Shown piece by piece: positions 1 through 10,053 of a stretch of DNA of 53,790 nt (the first letter of the stretch is position 1; each line of letters opens with the position of its first letter). The position numbers and the translations under genes were made by a program. The notes under the pieces were generated by a model. The model had not been told where the DNA came from. It ran no database searches and saw only the letters and a program-made list of their open reading frames with translations. This DNA comes from a virus, in the IMG/VR virus record IMGVR_UViG_3300045988_119356, positions 1 through 53,790 of that record. One strand, given 5' to 3'.

Positions 1-55
1 TTGAACGTGTTAAACACTCCGAACGACGTTAACAGGCGTTGAACGTGTTAAACAC
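1..55. repeat. Left terminal repeat: the last 17 nt of a 38-nt unit plus one full unit. It is identical to the final 55 nt of the window.
   Basis: Direct comparison of positions 1-55 with 53736-53790. The unit is TCCGAACGACGTTAACAGGCGTTGAACGTGTTAAACAC and contains two GAACGNSGTTAAMCA sub-repeats. Confidence 0.9.
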
Positions 56-199
56 CTCCCGGCGCGCTGTGCTGGACTCTTCTTTACTTTACTTTATAGC
101 AACGGCGACCGCGTGTTATGCGCGGGGCTTTTTATAACCGTTTAAAACAGCCGCCGACGTCCGGCGAATCTCTTAAGCGGTTAAGGGACCAGCGGGGTA

Positions 200-529
200 T
201 TAAACCCCGCTAACTTCTTCAATAGTTGCGCACGGTGTCAACATATACCATTTTTTAGGATCAATTTCCACGCCGTTCGCGTATTGTTTACCGGCTTTTT
301 GTGTTATTCTCAAGCCTTGAATTGCGTTTAAGCGTTCGCGCGTTGTTAACGTCGGCCAATCCGCAAGCGTGAAAAATATTTGCCCTTTGTCGTTATGTTC
401 AGCAATTAAATTTTCGTGCAAATACAAGCGCGCGCCGCGTTCGTCACTCTGGACTCTAGTGTTTGATTGTTTGAAGTTTTGAAAGCGGTTGAAAGCGTCC
501 GCGGCTTTTTCTGATATGTTTCTTGACAT
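200..529 (-). CDS. Hypothetical early protein
   Basis: ORF of 109 aa. Its start is preceded by GAGGATTCGAAA, a shared initiation motif. The stop is overlapped by the hairpin AGCGGGG-n7-CCCCGCT. Confidence 0.6.
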   Translation of the reverse strand: MSRNISEKAADAFNRFQNFKQSNTRVQSDERGARLYLHENLIAEHNDKGQIFFTLADWPTLTTRERLNAIQGLRITQKAGKQYANGVEIDPKKWYMLTPCATIEEVSGV

Positions 530-550
530 TTTCGAATCCTCTGTAAATTG

Positions 551-922
551 TTAATAATTTTCTAAAATCAATTGTTCGGCTTGATATAATGCGCGCGCTT
601 GAACGTCAAGCCAAGATTCGCGGCTGTTAGGTTGTTTTTCGCCGTCTCTGGTCCGTTCTAATTCCGAATCCGTACAAAGTCTTTCAGCAATATCACAATC
701 ATAAATTAAAGAACAGCCGCCGGCGCTGTATTGATTCCAGTCGTTCGCGCCGTTCAAAAGCGCACGGCTTAACAGTTTTTTATTGCATATAATACCAAAA
801 TCCATTTCATACAAAGATTCAACAAGCTCGAGTGCATATTCTTTTACGCCGTTTTTCCATGCGCTTTTTGCTGATAAACTTTCGATTTTGTTGTATAAAT
901 TAGAAATATCTTGTCTATTCAT
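551..922 (-). CDS. Hypothetical early protein. The start is probably the second ATG, after GGAGGATTCGAAA.
   Basis: ORF of 123-128 aa. The same 15-nt initiation motif precedes the 529 gene. Confidence 0.55.
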   Translation of the reverse strand: MNRQDISNLYNKIESLSAKSAWKNGVKEYALELVESLYEMDFGIICNKKLLSRALLNGANDWNQYSAGGCSLIYDCDIAERLCTDSELERTRDGEKQPNSRESWLDVQARALYQAEQLILENY

Positions 923-1150
923 TTTCGAATCCTCCAATTTTTGAGGGCATGCCCTTTGCTTCCCTCTTATGTCTTATTTATAACATATTTTTAAAATGTT
1001 GTCAATAAAAAAGTTGTAAACAATTAATATTTTATTTTGTTGTTGTTTGTTAACAAGTGTTTAGAACGTTGTGAGCGTTTATAACTAGTTAGTAACAGTT
1101 ATAAGCTGACTTAATCAAACAATAATATTCTCTATATCTCTATAGAAACT

Positions 1151-1205
1151 TTTTACTTTACTTCTTTACTTTACAAAAAAGTAAAAGTAAACAGTAAAAG
1201 TAAAA
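1151..1205. repeat. Imperfect palindrome of about 25 bp built from TTTAC pentamers (TTTTACTTTACTTCTTTACTTTAC-A6-GTAAAAGTAAACAGTAAAAGTAAAA).
   Basis: The inverted arms can be read directly. A TTTACTTTACTTT fragment also occurs at 96-108. Confidence 0.7.
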
Positions 1206-1284
1206 TGTTCAAATAGGAATCTGAAAACAAAAAACCCCGTCCAACTCTGTCCACGTTATTAACAGCGCTCCACAATCTCCAACA

Positions 1285-1312
1285 TTAACAACACTTAACA
1301 ACAATTAACAAC
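1285..1312 (+). promoter_or_regulatory. Three TTAACAAC direct repeats at an exact 10-bp period (iteron or operator-like array).
   Basis: Copies start at 1285, 1295 and 1305. The array lies in a 680-bp divergent noncoding region. Confidence 0.5.
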
Positions 1313-1475
1313 TCTTTGCGCGTTCGTTCGTATTGTTGTCAACGTTGCCGGCGTTGTTGGAGTTAAGGGGGGCCCTCCCCCCTATAAGCAGTTGAAGGCA
1401 CTTCAACCCGCCAAATTTGCAAACTGCTCAAAAACTTTTACTTGTTAACAAGTGCTGCCACCCCGCATTTAATAC

Positions 1476-1504
1476 TTGACAACAACTTACAGAGCTGATA
1501 TAAC
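1476..1504 (+). promoter_or_regulatory. Sigma70-like promoter: TTGACA, a 17-nt spacer, then TATAAC. It would drive the rightward block.
   Basis: Hexamers and spacing were read directly. It is about 120 nt upstream of the first rightward gene. Confidence 0.45.
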
Positions 1505-1623
1505 TGAGGGTGTTAATAACAATTAGAAGGGTTCGATTGACAATGACCGATAAATTAGATGCTGATAGACTTTATTATGTTAAAAAGAAAAAGAAAAGCT
1601 AAAAAAATTAAAAGAGGTGTTAA

Positions 1624-2070
1624 ATGTCGATTAAAATTTCCGAAAAAACTAAAAATAACCAGTGGGTGTATTTAGTCAAGTCCCCAGCTGGTGAGATTGT
1701 CTATATTGGTGTGGCCCGTTTGAAGGATGCCATCACTTTCAACGCTTTTAACTTCCGACCGGAGTTTGACCCCGACGCACCCTATGAGTTAGAGTTGCTT
1801 GAAAGCTACAGCAATCGATATGAGGCCAACAAAGCTAAAGAGATGTATTTGATGGTGTATGGAACGCCGGTATTTAACCGCGAGTGCAAACGAGTTGTCC
1901 GTTGCATAACGACCGGTGAGGTTTTCAATACGGCTGTCGAGGCTTGCCGGAAATATGGGATTGAGCAAAGCAATATGACGCACCACATGGCCGGTCATTT
2001 GGGTTTCAAAAGCCTGAAGGGGTTAGAGTTCAAGTATGAGGTGCTCTCAGAGAGCAAGGTGCGAGAATGA
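1624..2070 (+). CDS. Small GIY-YIG-like homing-endonuclease-type protein with a C-terminal DNA-binding domain that recurs in paralogs in this genome.
   Basis: The N-terminus has VYLV..(11)..VYIG then R, matching GIY-YIG spacing. The C-terminus has VRCITTGEVF...A.R.YG......H..G......G..F.Y. An RBS AAGAGGTG precedes it. Confidence 0.55.
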   Translation: MSIKISEKTKNNQWVYLVKSPAGEIVYIGVARLKDAITFNAFNFRPEFDPDAPYELELLESYSNRYEANKAKEMYLMVYGTPVFNRECKRVVRCITTGEVFNTAVEACRKYGIEQSNMTHHMAGHLGFKSLKGLEFKYEVLSESKVRE

Positions 2071-2294
2071 GATTTGAAGAAGCGTTAAAAGGTATGATAG
2101 GAGGCAAAAACGCAACATTTGCTCGCTGTACAGGATTTTTCTTCGTGCGTTGTATAACAAAAAAAGACGGAAGAAGTGAATTAAGATTATATTATCAAAC
2201 ACCTGAAGGATTTATAAGCCGTCAACATAAACTAGGTGTCGGTTGGGTTTTAAATTGTGATTGGAGGTATGTGGACAATGTGGCAGAAGATTAA
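2067..2294 (+). CDS. Hypothetical small protein
   Basis: ATGA stop/start overlap with the upstream gene. The GGTGCGAGAATGA context is also found at 2543-2555. Confidence 0.4.
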   Translation: MRFEEALKGMIGGKNATFARCTGFFFVRCITKKDGRSELRLYYQTPEGFISRQHKLGVGWVLNCDWRYVDNVAED

Positions 2295-2409
2295 ATGCTG
2301 GCTAAGTTATCCGTTTAAGCTTCGTTGGTGTAAACGTTGTGCAGATATAGTAAGGATAGATAGCAAACTATGCAAGGCTTGTAAACGTTGCGGAAAGGTA
2401 AAGAGATGA
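2278..2409 (+). CDS. Putative zinc-ribbon mini-protein of 43 aa (CKRC...CKACKRCG).
   Basis: Two CxxC pairs. It is translationally coupled to its neighbours. It is not in the ORF track because it is under 60 aa. Confidence 0.3.
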   Translation: MWQKIKCWLSYPFKLRWCKRCADIVRIDSKLCKACKRCGKVKR

Positions 2410-2555
2410 GTAAATATTTATTTTTTGCTTCTGGCTCTATTTCATCTTCAGCTTGGATATTGCTGAAATCTGATAGATATACTTATTTTGTTGTTCTTAT
2501 GGTAATAAGTTTAATATTATGGCTTGTCGGTGAATATAAAGAGGTGCGAGAATGA
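2406..2555 (+). CDS. Putative small membrane protein of 49 aa
   Basis: ATGA overlaps at both ends. It has a hydrophobic core. It ends ...KEVRE, like the end of the 1624 gene. Confidence 0.3.
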   Translation: MSKYLFFASGSISSSAWILLKSDRYTYFVVLMVISLILWLVGEYKEVRE

Positions 2556-3310
2556 CCGATAACACTACGTACGCTTACACCTCCATAAACTTATGCGAGG
2601 AAACCGCAAATGATATATTCCTGTATGTCGTTCGTAACCGCTCCGGTGGTATTGAGTTTATGGGGTGCGGAACGATGCCTGAGATTGTCAGTATGCGCGC
2701 CATTAAAAACAATAAATTTTTCAACCCGTCCGCTGTGTACGAGTATTGTATTTTATACAACCAACACTTCAAACGGCGTATAGATGCCCTTAACGCTCTT
2801 GGAACCGCTATACGCGCCATACATGGTAGAACACCGCGTATGAACTTATATTCGCGTGACTACAACAACGACAAACGCATCGTATGTCTGCAAACGGGCG
2901 AGATATTTACCAGTGCCGCAGAGATTTGCCGCAAGTATGAAATTAATCCCGGGCAGTTGAGCGATCATCTCAGAGGCGCTCACGGACGTAAGACCGTTAA
3001 GGGTATGACGTTTCTTTATGAATATAAAGTCCGTAAACAGCAAGACCTTTATAACCTGCTAAAATACTGGACGCCGCAAATGTATAACATAGCACCGGTT
3101 GATTGGGACCCTCATAACACCGGTTTGACTGAGGATATGATAGCTTATTGTTACGGAGAGTATTGCAAACAAGAAATTTGTGTGCATTGGTTAGATAGCA
3201 AACGCAATCGCGACGGGCTTGAAGTTATCACTCCTAACACACAAGTGACACCACCACCCGTCCAACTCCCAGAGGTAGAGAGAGTATCGCTTGACAATTT
3301 AAACAGTTAA
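2552..3310 (+). CDS. Paralog with the homing-endonuclease-type C-terminal DNA-binding domain
   Basis: RIVCLQTGEIFTSAAEICRKYEIN...HLRGAHGRKTVKGMTFLYEY matches the C-terminus of the 1624 and 51098 proteins. Confidence 0.55.
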   Translation: MTDNTTYAYTSINLCEETANDIFLYVVRNRSGGIEFMGCGTMPEIVSMRAIKNNKFFNPSAVYEYCILYNQHFKRRIDALNALGTAIRAIHGRTPRMNLYSRDYNNDKRIVCLQTGEIFTSAAEICRKYEINPGQLSDHLRGAHGRKTVKGMTFLYEYKVRKQQDLYNLLKYWTPQMYNIAPVDWDPHNTGLTEDMIAYCYGEYCKQEICVHWLDSKRNRDGLEVITPNTQVTPPPVQLPEVERVSLDNLNS

Positions 3311-3339
3311 TGCTTATTATGAGAGCGGAGATATAATTT

Positions 3340-3951
3340 ATGAACGCATATCCGACAAGAGCTTACGACCTACTTGATGATAACGAGCGGAAAGCGGTTG
3401 AAGAGTATGTTCAATATGTTGTAGCAGAACAAAAACGTAAAAATCAACGTATCGACTTAGCTCTCAATTTACCTATACCGTCAGAATATATAAAACGTTC
3501 TCGTGGTGCTTTATTGCGACCGGTGCCTCGTGCGGCTTTAGCTGAGCGCATTACGGAGGAAAGTAGCTCTTCGGACATATCACCATCTCGTGTTATAAAA
3601 GAGCTGGCTAAAATTGCTTTTAGCGACGTAACGGACTTTTTATACACAGGGCCGTTTGGTAGTGTCAACATAAAACAACTTAAAGACATACCACCCGACA
3701 AATCCGGAGCCATTAAGTCCGTAGAAACTAAAATCGGACAGGCAAGTACCAGCTCTAAGATAACAATGCACGACAAACTTCCAGCGCTCAAAGCCCTTTC
3801 AGAGATGATGGGGCTTACAGCGCCTGAGAATGGACCCGTGCTTGGTGAGTATGTAAAACAAGAGATACGCAAGGCCGCCAAAGAGCAGATTGAAGCTCCA
3901 GAGGCCGAGTATGTTGAACTTTTAGAGCATGTTGAGAGGGTTGAGAGTTAA
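3340..3951 (+). CDS. Terminase small subunit (putative)
   Basis: 203 aa, immediately upstream of and abutting the large terminase, in the expected position. Confidence 0.55.
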   Translation: MNAYPTRAYDLLDDNERKAVEEYVQYVVAEQKRKNQRIDLALNLPIPSEYIKRSRGALLRPVPRAALAERITEESSSSDISPSRVIKELAKIAFSDVTDFLYTGPFGSVNIKQLKDIPPDKSGAIKSVETKIGQASTSSKITMHDKLPALKALSEMMGLTAPENGPVLGEYVKQEIRKAAKEQIEAPEAEYVELLEHVERVES

Positions 3952-5714
3952 TGGGACAGATGACATTAACAGCTTGGAACGAACGCCAAACTGACAACAC
4001 CATACACCCTTGGCGACCCCATCCACTTGGTGCTGATGAATGGCCGCCAAATTATCCCGCTGTCTATCGTTGGCGGTCTAAAGTCCTCAAACAACTTATA
4101 TCTGACCCTAAAACCCTTAAAGCCGCTAAAGTCTATTATTCAACCCATCCGGCTGAGTTTATTATGGACTGGATGGACACTTATGACCCGCGTAAATCCC
4201 CTACCAACGCTAATCCAGCGCTCAGAGGTGAGAAATGGATGCCGTTTGTTTTTTTTAAGCGGCAAAAAGATGTAATTGACTTTTTTGAGTCGTGTTCGCA
4301 TGACCAAACGAGCGGGTTGGTTGAAAAATGCCGTGACTTCGGTTTAACTTGGCTCGCGTGCGGATATTCTGTCTGGCGCTGGCTGTTTATCAAAAATGAC
4401 GCTATCGGTTGGGGTAGCCGTAAAGAAACGCTTGTCGATAAGCCTGGCGACCCTGATAGTATTTTTGAGAAAATCCGTTTAATGCTTAAACGTCTACCGC
4501 GTATATGGTTACCGGCAGGGTTTAGTTGGGGGCGTAATTCAACCTATATGAAACTCTTAAATCCTGAGAACGGCGCAATCATTGCAGGCGAGGCCGGTGA
4601 CAATATTGGTCGTGGTGGTCGTAAGAGTATAATGCTACTTGACGAAGCTGCGCACTTGGAGCGCCCTGAGAAAGTTGAGGCTGCTTTAGGTGATAACACC
4701 AATGTCCGAATTGATATTTCATCAGTTAATGGCGTCGGTAACGTTTTCCACAGACGCAGAGAGAACGGCGTCATTTGGTCGCCTGACGTAACCAGTTATC
4801 CGTTCGGGTTTGTTCGGGTTTTTGTAGCCGACTGGCGCGACCATCCGCTTAAAACTCAAGAATGGTACGATGCCCGTAAAGCTCGTTACGAACGCGAAGG
4901 TATGGCGCATATTTTCGCACAAGAGGTCGACCGTAACTATGCGGCAGCCGTCAGCAACACTGTGATACCTTATCAGTGGGTTGAAGCGTCAATCGATGCT
5001 CACATTAAGTTGCCGTGGTTTGCCGAGGCTCTTGAGACTCATAAAGACGATTGGTACGCAGGGCTCGATGTGGCTGACGAGGGTAACGACCGTAACGCTC
5101 TCACACTTCGACAGTGGGTTATCTGGCGCGATGTGCAAGAATGGGGTGAACGTGACCCTGGTATCAGCGCTCGCAAGGCTGTTTTAGCTTGCAGAGAGCA
5201 TAAAGGTCATATCTGTTGCCAGTATGACTGCATAGGTGTTGGTTCTGGCGTAAAAACCGAATATAACCGCCTTACAACAGACGAAGGAGTTATAAGTGCA
5301 CATGAGATACCATTTATTCCGTGGAACGCGGGGGCTAGTGTTTTAAATCCTTTTGATAGAATTATCCCTGACGACAATGAAAGCTTGCAAAATAAAGATT
5401 TTTTTGATAACTTAAAAGCACAGGCTTGGTGGTCCATACGGACGAGGTTTTATAAAACGTTTAAAGCGGTAAGCGAAGGTGTAAAATATAATCCCGACGA
5501 ACTTATATCAATAGATAGCCGCATAACGCTTTTAGAGCAGTTGAAGAAGGAACTTATACAGCCGACGGTCGGTCATAGTTCAAGACTTAAATTGCTTATT
5601 GAAAAAAAGCCGGACGGTATGCGTTCACCTAACTTGGCGGATAGCGGGGTTATGGCTTTCTTCCCGGTAACTGACGGCTCGACAACAATTTTAACTGGTT
5701 CTTATGGTTTTTGA
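3951..5714 (+). CDS. Terminase large subunit
   Basis: 587 aa. Walker-A-like VEKCRDFGLTW, Walker B LLDEAAH, and a C-terminal acidic nuclease region. Confidence 0.85.
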   Translation: MGQMTLTAWNERQTDNTIHPWRPHPLGADEWPPNYPAVYRWRSKVLKQLISDPKTLKAAKVYYSTHPAEFIMDWMDTYDPRKSPTNANPALRGEKWMPFVFFKRQKDVIDFFESCSHDQTSGLVEKCRDFGLTWLACGYSVWRWLFIKNDAIGWGSRKETLVDKPGDPDSIFEKIRLMLKRLPRIWLPAGFSWGRNSTYMKLLNPENGAIIAGEAGDNIGRGGRKSIMLLDEAAHLERPEKVEAALGDNTNVRIDISSVNGVGNVFHRRRENGVIWSPDVTSYPFGFVRVFVADWRDHPLKTQEWYDARKARYEREGMAHIFAQEVDRNYAAAVSNTVIPYQWVEASIDAHIKLPWFAEALETHKDDWYAGLDVADEGNDRNALTLRQWVIWRDVQEWGERDPGISARKAVLACREHKGHICCQYDCIGVGSGVKTEYNRLTTDEGVISAHEIPFIPWNAGASVLNPFDRIIPDDNESLQNKDFFDNLKAQAWWSIRTRFYKTFKAVSEGVKYNPDELISIDSRITLLEQLKKELIQPTVGHSSRLKLLIEKKPDGMRSPNLADSGVMAFFPVTDGSTTILTGSYGF

Positions 5715-7191
5715 TATGACAAAGAAAAATTTATTAAAACGCTCTCCTGACATTGAAACAATGGTGCCTTACTGGGACAAAGTTTCCGATATTCTTGATG
5801 GCGAAGAGGCTATCAAAGCTCGTGGTAAAAACTATCTTCCTAAATTTCCCGATGAAGAAGAAAACGATTTTGATTTTAGGTTAACGGTAGCTAAATTTAC
5901 AAATATTTATCGAGATGTTGTTGAAGGATTAGCAACTAAGCCGTTTCAAGATGAAATAGGGTTGTTAGGTGGTGAAAAAAGACCTCAACAATTAAAAGAT
6001 TTTGCTGAAGATGTTGACGGGTTCGGAAGCAATTTAACTACGTTTGCCGCGTTGACGTTTTTCAACGCTATCAATTATGGAATTGATTGGATATTTATAG
6101 ATTATCCGACAGTCCAAAATCCTGAGAATGTAACAATTGCTGAAGCTAAAAAGAAAAATCTAAAGCCGTTTTGGGTTCATATTTTAGGTAAGAATGTTCT
6201 CGAAGTAGAAACTCGTATGGAAGGTTCGAAACAGATTATAACTTATTTTCGTTGTCAAGAACCTGGTTTCGGTAATGAACCAATGCACGTTCGCGAGTTT
6301 GTGGAAACCGAGGGTGGTGTTATATGGACTTTATATGTAAAAGTTAAAAACGACGATGGTGAAGATGAATTTGTTGTTGTTGACGAGGGTAAATTATCTA
6401 TTAATTTTATTCCTATCGTCCCGTTCATAACCGGTCGAAGAGATGGCAAAAGCTTTAAAGTTTATCCACCGATGAGAGATGCTGCCGACTTGCAGATAAC
6501 TTTATATCAGAATGAATCGGCTCTTGAATATATTAAAGTTTTAGCTTGCTATCCGATGTTGGCCACAGACGGAACAAAAGCGCCTGTGGACGCAGAAGGA
6601 AAACCGATTAAATTACGTGTCGGGCCAAATAGAGTTATCTATGGTGTTCAGAAAGGTAATGGCGACGGTGGAACTTGGCAGTATGTTGAACCGCAAGCAA
6701 ACAGCCTTGAGTTTTTACAAAAGAACATTGATAAAACCAAAAACGATTTACGAGAGTTAGGTCGTCAACCGCTTACAGCATTATCAACACAATTGACAAC
6801 AGTAACCACGTCCATTGCCGCCGGTAAAGCTAAATCAGCAGTTACCGCATGGGCGTATGCACTTAAAGATGCTTTGGAAAATGCTTTAGCTATTACTATG
6901 AAATGGATGGGTATAGATTATCAACCTGAAATAAATGTTTATACAGGTTTTGATAATGTGCTTGATGATGGTAGTGATATTGAAGAATTAGGAAAAGCTA
7001 GAGAGCGTGGAGATATTTCGGTTGAAACATACTGGGATGAATTGAAACGTCGTAAAATTCTTTCTCCTGAGTTTGATGTAGAGGAAGAAAGAAAAAGGCT
7101 TTTAGATGATATTCCGGCAGATACTGATCCGGATGTTAAATCCGAAAATGAAGCTGATAACAATCTTAACCAAGAAAAAGAGGAAAAATAA
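5704..7191 (+). CDS. Portal protein
   Basis: 495 aa immediately after the terminase, with an acidic C-terminus. Confidence 0.7.
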   Translation: MVFDMTKKNLLKRSPDIETMVPYWDKVSDILDGEEAIKARGKNYLPKFPDEEENDFDFRLTVAKFTNIYRDVVEGLATKPFQDEIGLLGGEKRPQQLKDFAEDVDGFGSNLTTFAALTFFNAINYGIDWIFIDYPTVQNPENVTIAEAKKKNLKPFWVHILGKNVLEVETRMEGSKQIITYFRCQEPGFGNEPMHVREFVETEGGVIWTLYVKVKNDDGEDEFVVVDEGKLSINFIPIVPFITGRRDGKSFKVYPPMRDAADLQITLYQNESALEYIKVLACYPMLATDGTKAPVDAEGKPIKLRVGPNRVIYGVQKGNGDGGTWQYVEPQANSLEFLQKNIDKTKNDLRELGRQPLTALSTQLTTVTTSIAAGKAKSAVTAWAYALKDALENALAITMKWMGIDYQPEINVYTGFDNVLDDGSDIEELGKARERGDISVETYWDELKRRKILSPEFDVEEERKRLLDDIPADTDPDVKSENEADNNLNQEKEEK

Positions 7192-7947
7192 ATGCCGAGT
7201 TGGAAAGTAGATGAAAATGGCAATATTGTCATGAAAGACGGTAATCCGGTTTATGTTAACACTAATGGTGAAGAACAAACAGTTGCTGTCGATACAATTT
7301 CACGTTTGAACAATGAATCGAAAATGCACAGAGAAGCTAAAGAAGCCGCTCTTGAAAAACTTAAAGCTTTCGAAGGGTTGGATGCTACGAAAGCTCGTGA
7401 AGCTCTTGAGATGGTTGCCAAATTGGATGCTAATAAACTAATCGACGCAGGTAAAGTTGATGAAGTGAAATCTCAAATCACAGCTCAATTTCAGACCCAA
7501 ATCGACGAGAAAAGCAAAGCTTTGAGTGATTTGCAGACTAAATACGACAATATGATTGTCAATAATTTGTTCGCAAATTCGGAGTTTATTCGCAACAATG
7601 TAGCTGTTCCGAGAGATATGTTTGAAGCTAAATTCCGCAGTAACTTTAAAGTTGAAAACGGTCAAGTTGTTGTTTACGGGAACGACGGAAATCGTTTATA
7701 CAGCAAAGAACGCGCTGGTGAATATGCAACACCAGAAGAAGGTTTGCGTATTTTGGCCGAAGCTCATCCTCAACACGATAGTATCTTGAGAGCTAATACT
7801 GGAAGTGGCACTGGTTCAACAGGTGCAAGTGGTGGCTCAGGCGGTTCAAGATACATGAAACGTTCTGATTTTGCTAAACTTTCACCTGTTCAACAATCAG
7901 AGTTTGCTCAGAAAATGGCAAAAGGTGAAATCAGCTTGACAGATTAA
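7192..7947 (+). CDS. Scaffolding protein (putative)
   Basis: 251 aa, coiled-coil-rich, with a Gly/Ser linker, between the portal and coat genes. Confidence 0.5.
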   Translation: MPSWKVDENGNIVMKDGNPVYVNTNGEEQTVAVDTISRLNNESKMHREAKEAALEKLKAFEGLDATKAREALEMVAKLDANKLIDAGKVDEVKSQITAQFQTQIDEKSKALSDLQTKYDNMIVNNLFANSEFIRNNVAVPRDMFEAKFRSNFKVENGQVVVYGNDGNRLYSKERAGEYATPEEGLRILAEAHPQHDSILRANTGSGTGSTGASGGSGGSRYMKRSDFAKLSPVQQSEFAQKMAKGEISLTD

Positions 7948-7961
7948 AATTAACTTGATAA

Positions 7962-8085
7962 AGTATAATTGCTTTATTAAGGATTTAACGAAGCGCACTT
8001 AGGTTGGATGACCTGTATCAATCAATCGGTGCGCTTTTTTACGCACCAAACAAAATTAACTAACAATTTTAAGAGGTGCTAATCA
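7962..8085 (+). promoter_or_regulatory. Conserved leader element, copy A: TATAAT, then the hairpin AGCGCAC...GGTGCGC, T6, ACGCACC, then the RBS AAGAGGTGC and ATGGCAAAT.
   Basis: About 115 nt, nearly identical to 12259-12380. It contains a terminator-like hairpin plus T-run and an alternative GGTGCG/CGCACC pairing. Confidence 0.7.
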
Positions 8086-9227
8086 TGGCAAATATTTTGA
8101 CTCTTTTTATCCCGACACTTTTTCAGTCGTTGGATAAAGTTTCTCGCGAGTTGGTAGGTTTTATTCCTTCTGTTGCTCGTAACTCTTCTGCCGCTCGCGC
8201 AGCTTTGAACGAATCTATTTTGGTTCCGGTAAGTACTCCTACCGAAGCTAAAGATTGCGCTCCGTCTATGAATGTTCCTGAACCGGACGATATGAAATTA
8301 GACAACGTTGAAATTAAAATCACGAAATCTAAAAACGTTTCTTTTGGTTTGACCGGTGAGGATTATAAAGGTTTGGAAAACGGTATCGGTGTAAGTGAAG
8401 TTTTTGCTGGTAAATTCGAGCAAGCCATTCGTACTCTTACCAATATGATTGAATCGGACGTTGCCGCTGAAGCTGCCATCAGTGCTTCCAGAGCTTTCGG
8501 TACCCCTGGTACTGCTCCGTTCGCTAGTGATTTGAAAGACGCCGCTCAACTTCGTAAGATTTTGGACGATAACGGAGCTCCGATGTCGGATCGTTCTTTG
8601 ATTATCGATACCAACGCCGGTGTAAACTTGCGTGGTTTAACTCAGTTGACTAATGCTGGCGATGCCGGTACTACAATGACTCTTCGTCAAGGTCAGTTGC
8701 TTGATTTGTTCGGATTGTCTGTTAAAGAATCTGCTCAAATTAAATCTTTCGCTAAAGGTTCTGCTGAGGGTGCTACTGTTAATACTGCTGAAGTTGGAGC
8801 TACCGAGTTGACTTTGAAAGCTGGTACTTCTGGAAATCTTAAAGCTGGTGATGTTATTACTCTTGCTGGTGACAACAACAAGTATGTTGTTATGAAAGAC
8901 GTTGCAATTTCTACCGGTAACAAAATCGAGATTGCTCAACCTGGTTTGCGTGTAGCTGCCAACGATGGTGCTTCTGTTACTGTTGTTGAGAGTTCTATTC
9001 GTAACGTTGCTTTCAACCGCGATGCTATCCAGCTTGTTACTCGCGCTCCCGCTTTGCCTGCTGGTGATGACTCTGCTGATGACAGTTATATGTTGACAGA
9101 TCCACGTTCTGGTATGTCTTACGAAGTTCGTGTATACAAAGGCTATCGTAAACAGCGCGTAGAAGTTGCTTGTGCTTGGGGTGTTAAAGCCATTAAGCCT
9201 GCACACATCGCTGCCTTGCTTGGTTAA
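8086..9227 (+). CDS. Major capsid (coat) protein
   Basis: 380 aa after a strong RBS. The ATG at 8086 is preferred over the GTG at 8076. It sits in the head module after the scaffold gene. Confidence 0.65.
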
Positions 9228-9289
9228 GGTAACGGGGAGGGTGTTTCACCGCCCTCCCATTTTTTAACTTTCTTAATTGGAGAAAATTC

Positions 9290-9553
9290 ATGAGTGAAAT
9301 TTTACCTACCGTTAAAGTTAAACATAAAAAATACGGTATTGAGATGATTGTTAACGAATCTGATTTTAATTCTGAAATTCATGAACCTTTGTGTGAAAAA
9401 AGTAAAAAATTAGTTTCCGAAATGAAGAAATCTGAAAAAGGAATTAAAGGTAAGAAAGAAACCATCGACGGTGGTGAAACCGAAGAAGATGCTAAAAAGA
9501 AAGCCGAGGAAGAAGAGGCAGCTAAATTGAAAGCCCTTATGGGAGGAAAATAA
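9290..9553 (+). CDS. Small lysine/glutamate-rich head protein (decoration or cement?)
   Basis: 87 aa between the coat and connector genes. Confidence 0.4.
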   Translation: MSEILPTVKVKHKKYGIEMIVNESDFNSEIHEPLCEKSKKLVSEMKKSEKGIKGKKETIDGGETEEDAKKKAEEEEAAKLKALMGGK

Positions 9554-10053
9554 TGTTTTACGGTAACGTTGACGATTTCAAAGAATATTTTACATCTAGA
9601 GGTAAAACCATCCCTGAAACTTGGACGGATGAAATGATTGAGTCAGCGTTACTCGTTTCTTCCGAATGGCTCGATGGTCAATATGAAAGTTTGTGGATTG
9701 GTTATAAGGTCGATTTCAAACAAGAAAGAAGTTGGCCTCGCCAGTCTGCCCAAGTCCAATCATATCCTTATTATGTTTACAAAAACGATGAGATACCTGA
9801 ACAAGTTGTCAAAGCTGTTTACGAAGCTTGCTTTAGAGAGTTAACAAAATCAGGTTCTTTACAGGTTGATTTTACTCCGAATAAATACAAATCTGTATCG
9901 GTCGACGGTGCTATATCAGTCGAATACAATGATATTTTATATGCTTCAGAAAGTCAGATTCAGATGCCTGTAATTCAAACGTTAATGTCGGTTTTGATAG
10001 ATCAATCAAAAGGTGGAAATAATCCTATATCAGGAAAAGCGAGCCGTGTATGA
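9553..10053 (+). CDS. Head-tail connector/adaptor (putative)
   Basis: 166 aa, ATGA-coupled, in the head-completion position. Confidence 0.4.
   Translation: MFYGNVDDFKEYFTSRGKTIPETWTDEMIESALLVSSEWLDGQYESLWIGYKVDFKQERSWPRQSAQVQSYPYYVYKNDEIPEQVVKAVYEACFRELTKSGSLQVDFTPNKYKSVSVDGAISVEYNDILYASESQIQMPVIQTLMSVLIDQSKGGNNPISGKASRV

Noticed and set aside
8076-8085. GTG start for the coat protein at 8076
   Set aside because: The GTG lies inside the AAGAGGTG Shine-Dalgarno sequence. The ATG at 8086, with optimal spacing, is the likely start. The same RBS-ATGGCAAAT arrangement is duplicated at 12372.
8637-9206. 189-aa minus-strand ORF, and other antisense ORFs inside large genes (for example 14727-15053, 3444-3881, 24647-25177, 38764-39060, 33882-34184)
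   Set aside because: These are fully embedded antisense in confidently assigned structural or replication genes. They have low-complexity Ser/Thr/Asn or Arg-rich compositions typical of shadow ORFs.
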